Source: Eledone cirrhosa
Lineage: Eukaryota
DNA: 64,000 nt
Assembly (NCBI GenBank): GCA_964016885.1
Contig: OZ024744.1
Location: 47,616,001 to 47,680,000, forward strand
Direction of reading: 5' to 3'
Part shown: in pieces, positions 58,093 to 64,000 of the stretch
Layout of the letters: every line of letters starts with the position of its first letter
Numbering within the stretch: position 1 is the stretch's first letter
Notes under the pieces: generated by a model
Databases searched by the model: none
What the model was told of the DNA's origin: nothing
What the model saw: the letters and a program-made list of their open reading frames with translations, nothing else
Position numbers and translations under genes: made by a program

Positions 58093-61000
58093 ACAGAACA
58101 CCAACCACATTAGACTATCAAGACCAGAACACCAACAACATCACATTAGCCTATCAACAACAGAACACCAACCACATTAGACTATCAAGACCAGAACACC
58201 AACCACATTAGACTATCAAGACCAGAACACCAACCACATCACATTAGACTATCAAGACCAGAACACCAACCACATTAGACTATCAAGACCAGAACACCAA
58301 CCACATCACATTAGAATATCAAGACCAGAACACCAACCACATCACATTAGACTATCAAGACCTGAACACCAACCACATCACATTAGACTATCAAGACCAG
58401 AACACCAACCACATTAGACTATCAAGAACATAACACCAGCAACATTAGACTATCAAGACCATAACACCAACCACATTAGACTATCAAGAACAGAACACCA
58501 ACCACATTAGACTATCAAGACCAGAACACCAACAACAATAGACTATCAAGATCAGAACTCCAACAACATTAGACTATCAAGAACAGAACACCAACCACAT
58601 TAGACTATCAAGACCAGAACACCAACCACATTAGACTATCAAGAACAGAACACCAACCACATTAGACTATCAAGAACAGAACACCAACCACATTAGACTA
58701 TCAAGACCAGAACACCAACCACATTAGACTATCAAGACCAGAATACCAACCACATCACATTAGACTATCAAGACCAGAACACCAACCACATTAGACTATC
58801 AAGACCAGAACACCAACCACATCACATTAGACTATCAAGACCAGAACACCAACCACATCACATTAGACTATCAAGACCTGAACACCAACCACATCACATT
58901 AGACTATCAAGACCAGAACACCAACAACATCACATTAGACTATCAAGACCAGAACACCAACCACATTAGACTATCAAGAACAGAACACCAACAACATTAG
59001 TCTATCAAGACCATAACACCAACCACATTAGACTATCAAGAACAGAACACCAACCACATTAGACTATCAAGACCAGAACACCAACAACAATAGACTATCA
59101 AGACCAGAACACCAACCACATTAGAGTATCAAGAACAGAACACCAACCACATTAGACTATCAAGACCAGAACACCAACCACATTAGACTATCAAGAACAG
59201 AAAACCAACCACATTAGACTATCAAGAACAGAACACCAACCACATTAGACTATCAAGACCAGAACACCAACCACATCACATTAGCCTATCAAGAACAGAA
59301 CACCAACCACATTAGACTATCAAGACCAGAACACCAACCACATTAGACTATCAAAACCAGAACACCAACCACATCACATTAGACTATCAAGACCAGAACA
59401 GCACCCACATTAGACTATCAAGACCAGAACACCAACCACATCACATTAGAATATCAAGACCAGAACACCAACCATATCACATTAGACTATCAAGACCTGA
59501 ACACCAACCACATCACATTAGACTATCAAGACCAGAACACCAACAACATCACATTAGACTATCAAGACCAGAACACCAACCACATTAGACTATCAAGAAC
59601 ATAACACCAACAACATTAGACTATCAAGACCATAACACCAACCACATTAGACTATCAAGAACAGAATACCAACCACATTAGACTATCAAGACCAGAACAC
59701 CAACAACAAAAGACTATCAAGACCAGAACACCAACCACATTAGACTATCAAGAACAGAACACCAACCACATTAGACTATCAAGACCAGAACACCAACCAC
59801 ATTAGACTATCAAGAACAGAACACCAACCACATTAGACTATCAAGAACAGAACACCAACCACATTAGACTATCAAGACCAGAACACCAACCACATCACAT
59901 TAGCCTATCAAGAACAGAACACCAACCACATTAGACTATCAAGACCAGAACACCAACCACATTAGACTATCAAGACAAGAACACCAACCACATCACATTA
60001 GACTATCAAGACCAGAACACCAACCACATTAGACTATCAAGACCAGAACACCAACCACATCACATTAGAATGTCAAAACCAGAACACCAACCACATCACA
60101 TTAGACTATCAAGACCTGAACACCAACCACATTACATTAGACTATCAAGACCAGAACACCAACAACATCACATTAGACTATCAAGACCAGAACACCAACC
60201 ACATTAGACTATCAAGAACAGAACACCAACAACATTAGACTATCAAGACCATAACACCAACCACATTAGACTATCAAGAACAGAACACCAACCACATTAG
60301 ACTATCAAGACCAGAACACCAACAACATTAGACTATCAAGACCAGAACACCAACCACATTAGACTATCAAGGACAGAACACCAACCATATTAGACTATCA
60401 AGACCAGAACACCAACCACATTAGACTATCAAGAACAGAACACCAACAACATTAGACAATCAAGAACAGAACACCAACCACATTAGACTATCAAGACCAG
60501 AACACCAACCACATCACATTAGCCTATCAAGAACAGAACACCAACCACATTAGACTATCAAGACCAGAACACCAACCACATTAGACTATCAAGAACAGAA
60601 CACAAACCACATTAGACTATCAAGACCAGAACACCAACCACATTAGACTATCAAGACCAGAACACCAAACACATTACACTATCAAGAACAGAACACCAAC
60701 CACATTAGACTATCAAGAACAGAACACCAACCACATTAGACTATCAAGAACAGAACACCAACCACATTAGACTATCAAGACCAGAACACCAACCACATTA
60801 GACTATCAAGAACAGAACACCAACCACATTAGACTATCAAGAACAGAACACCAACCACATTAGACTATCAAGAACAGAACACAAACCACATTAGACTATC
60901 AAGACCAGAACATTAACAACATCACATAGTCTATCAAGACCAGAACACCAACAACATCACATTAGACTATCAAGACCAGAACACCACCCACATCACATTA

Positions 61001-64000
61001 GACTATCAAGACCAGAACACCAAACACATCACATTAGACTATCAAGACCAGAACACCAACCACATTAGACAACCAAGACCAAAACACCAACCACATCACA
61101 TTGGACTATTAAGACCAGAACACCAACCACATTAGACTATCAAGACCAGAACTCCAACCACATTAGACTATCAAGACCAGAACACCAACCACATCACATT
61201 AGACTATCAAGACCATAACACCAACCACATTAGACTATCAAGACCATAACACCAACCACATTAGACTATCAAGACCAGAACAACAACTAGATCACATTAG
61301 ACTATCAAGACCAGAACATCAACAATATCAGTTTAGACTATCAAGACCAGAACACCAACAACATCACATTAGACTATCAAGACCAGAACACCAACCACAT
61401 CACATTAGACTATCAAGACCAGAACACCAACCACATCACATTAGACTATCAAGACCAGAACACCAACCACATCACATTAGACTATCAAGACGTGAACACC
61501 AACCACATTAGACTATCAAGACCAGAACACCAACCACATTAGACTATCAAGACCAGAACACCAACCACATTAGACTATCAAGACCAGAACACCAACCACA
61601 TCACATTAGACTATCAAGACCAGAACACCAACCACATTAGATTTCAAGACCAGAACACCAACCACATTATACTATCAAGACCAGAACACCAACCACATCA
61701 CATTAGAATATCAAGACCAGAACACCAACCACATTAGACTATCAAGACCAGAACACCAACCACATCACATTAGACTATCAAGAACAGAACACCAACCACA
61801 TCACATTAGACTATCAAGACCAGTACACCAACCACATCACATTAGACTATCAAGACCAGAACACCAACCACATCACATTAGACTATCAAGACGTGAACAC
61901 CAACCACATTAGACTATCAAGACCAGAACACCAACAACATTAGACTATGAAGACCAGAACACCAACCACATTAGACTATCAAGACCAGAACACCAACCAC
62001 ATCACATTAGACTATCAAGACCAGAACACCAACAACATCACATTAGACTATCAAGACCATAACACCAACCATATTAGACTATCAAGACCAGAACACCAAC
62101 CACATCACATTAGACTATCAAGACCAGAACACCAACCACATAAGACTATCAAGACTAGAACACCAACCACATTAGACTATCAAGACCAGAACACCAACCA
62201 CATCACATTAGAATATCAAGACCAGAACACCAACCACATTAGACTATCAAGATCAGAACACCAACCACATCACATTAGACTATCAAGACCAGAACACCAA
62301 CCACATTAGACTATCAAGAACAGAACACCAACCACATTAGACTATCAAGAACAGAACACCAACCACATTAGATTATCAAGACCAGAACACCAACCACATC
62401 ACATTAGACTATCAAGACCAGAACACTAACCACATTAGACTATCAAGACCAGAACACTAACAACATCACATAGTCTATCAAGACCAGAACACCAACAACA
62501 TCACATTAGACTATAAAGACCAGAACACCAACAACATCACATTAGACTATCAAGACCAGAACACCACCCACATCACATTAGACTATCAAAACCAGAACAC
62601 CAAACACATCACATAAGACTATCAAGACCAGAACACCAACCACATTAGACTACCATGACCAGAACAACAACCACATAACATTAGACTATTAAGACCAGAA
62701 CACCAACCACATCACATTAGACTATCAAGACCAGAACACCAACCACATTAGACTATCAAGACCAGAACTCCAACCACATCACATTAGACTATCAAGATCA
62801 GAACACCAACCACATTAGACTATCAAGACCAGAACACCAACCACATCACATTAGACTATCAAGACCATAACACCAACCACATTAGACTATCAAGACCATA
62901 ACACCAACCACATTAGACTATCAAGACCAGAACACCAACCACATTAGACTATCAAGACCAGAACACCAACCACATTAGACTATCAAGACCAGAACACCAA
63001 CCACATCACATAAGACTATCAAGACCAGAACATAAACCACATCACATTAGACTATCAAGACCAGAACACCAACCACATCACATTAGACTATCAAGACCAG
63101 AACACCAACCACATCACATTAGACCATCAAGACCAGAACACCAACCACATCACATTAGACTATCAAGACCAGAACACCAACCGCATCACATTAGACTATC
63201 AAGACCAGAACACCAACCACATTAGACTATCAAGACCAGAACACCAACCACATTAGACTATCAAGACCAGAACACCAACCACATTAGACTATCAAGACCA
63301 GAACACCAACCACATCACATAAGACTATCAAGACCAGAACATAAACCACATCACATTAGACTATCAAGACCAGAACACCAACCACATCACATTAGACTAT
63401 CAAGACCAGAACACCAACCACATCACATTAGACTATCAAGACCAGAACACTAACCCCATTAGACTATCAAGACCAGAACACCAACCACATTAGACTATCA
63501 AGACCAGAACACCAACCACATTAGACTATCAAGACCAGAACACCAACCACATTAGACTATCAAGACCAGAACTCCAACCACATTAGACTATCAAGACCAG
63601 AACACCAACCACATCACATTAGACTATCAAGACCAGAACACCAACCACATTAGACTATCAAGACCAGAACACCAACAATATCATTTTAGACTATCAAGAA
63701 CAGAACACCAACCACATTAGACTATCAAGACCAGAACACCAACAACATTAGACTATCAAGACCAGAACACCAACCACATCACATTAGACTATCAAGACCA
63801 GAACACCAACCACGTTAGACTATCAAGACCAGAACACCAACCACATCACATTAGCCTATCAAGAACAGAACACCAACCACATTAGACTATCAAGACCAGA
63901 ACACCAACCACATTAGACTATCAAAACCAGAACACCAACCACATCACATTAGACTATCAAGACTAGAACACCAACCACATTAGACTATCAAGACCAGAAC
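58090..64000. repeat. 31/36-bp A/C-rich satellite (>5.9 kb, runs off the window)
   Basis: agaacaccaaccacat(cacat)tagactatcaagacc. Confidence 0.98.

Noticed and set aside
53334-58110. Very long ORFs (up to 1335 aa) on both strands
   Set aside because: They are translations of a 48-bp satellite with frame-shifting 47-bp units, and some run through an N gap.

Overview
AT-rich eukaryotic (animal) DNA with no prokaryotic features. The repeat content (RTE LINEs, tRNA-derived SINEs, long (TA)n tracts) and tandem KRAB-less C2H2 zinc-finger genes suggest a coleoid cephalopod such as Octopus; this is inference. The window is part of a C2H2 zinc-finger (ZF) cluster undergoing birth and death. ZF-A (+, 3681-4256) has an internal TGA. 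Its inverted paralog ZF-B (-, 19668-17767) is split by a 5'-truncated RTE LINE. ZF-C (-, 42024 to ~40430) has 4 intact fingers, then a stop and a decaying finger tail. Its direct paralog ZF-D (-, 22417-22241) keeps one finger, and a further remnant lies at ~14.3-14.5 kb. These sit in overlapping inverted and direct segmental duplications, whose copies show filled versus empty insertion sites (a solo LTR, a MITE, a Penelope-like piece). Standout structures: (1) a ~1.4 kb-arm inverted duplication of an RTE LINE inside the predicted 5' intron of ZF-C; (2) a candidate variant-core type I hammerhead ribozyme in the inverted terminal repeats of a Penelope-like element; (3) a promoter-like cassette recurring upstream of ZF units; (4) an out-of-frame 80-bp minisatellite made from zinc-finger units; (5) several minisatellites derived from LINE/SINE segments; (6) three large satellites (31, 48 and 31/36 bp), two with higher-order periodicity. 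All alignments were done by eye, and coordinates of degenerate repeats are approximate.
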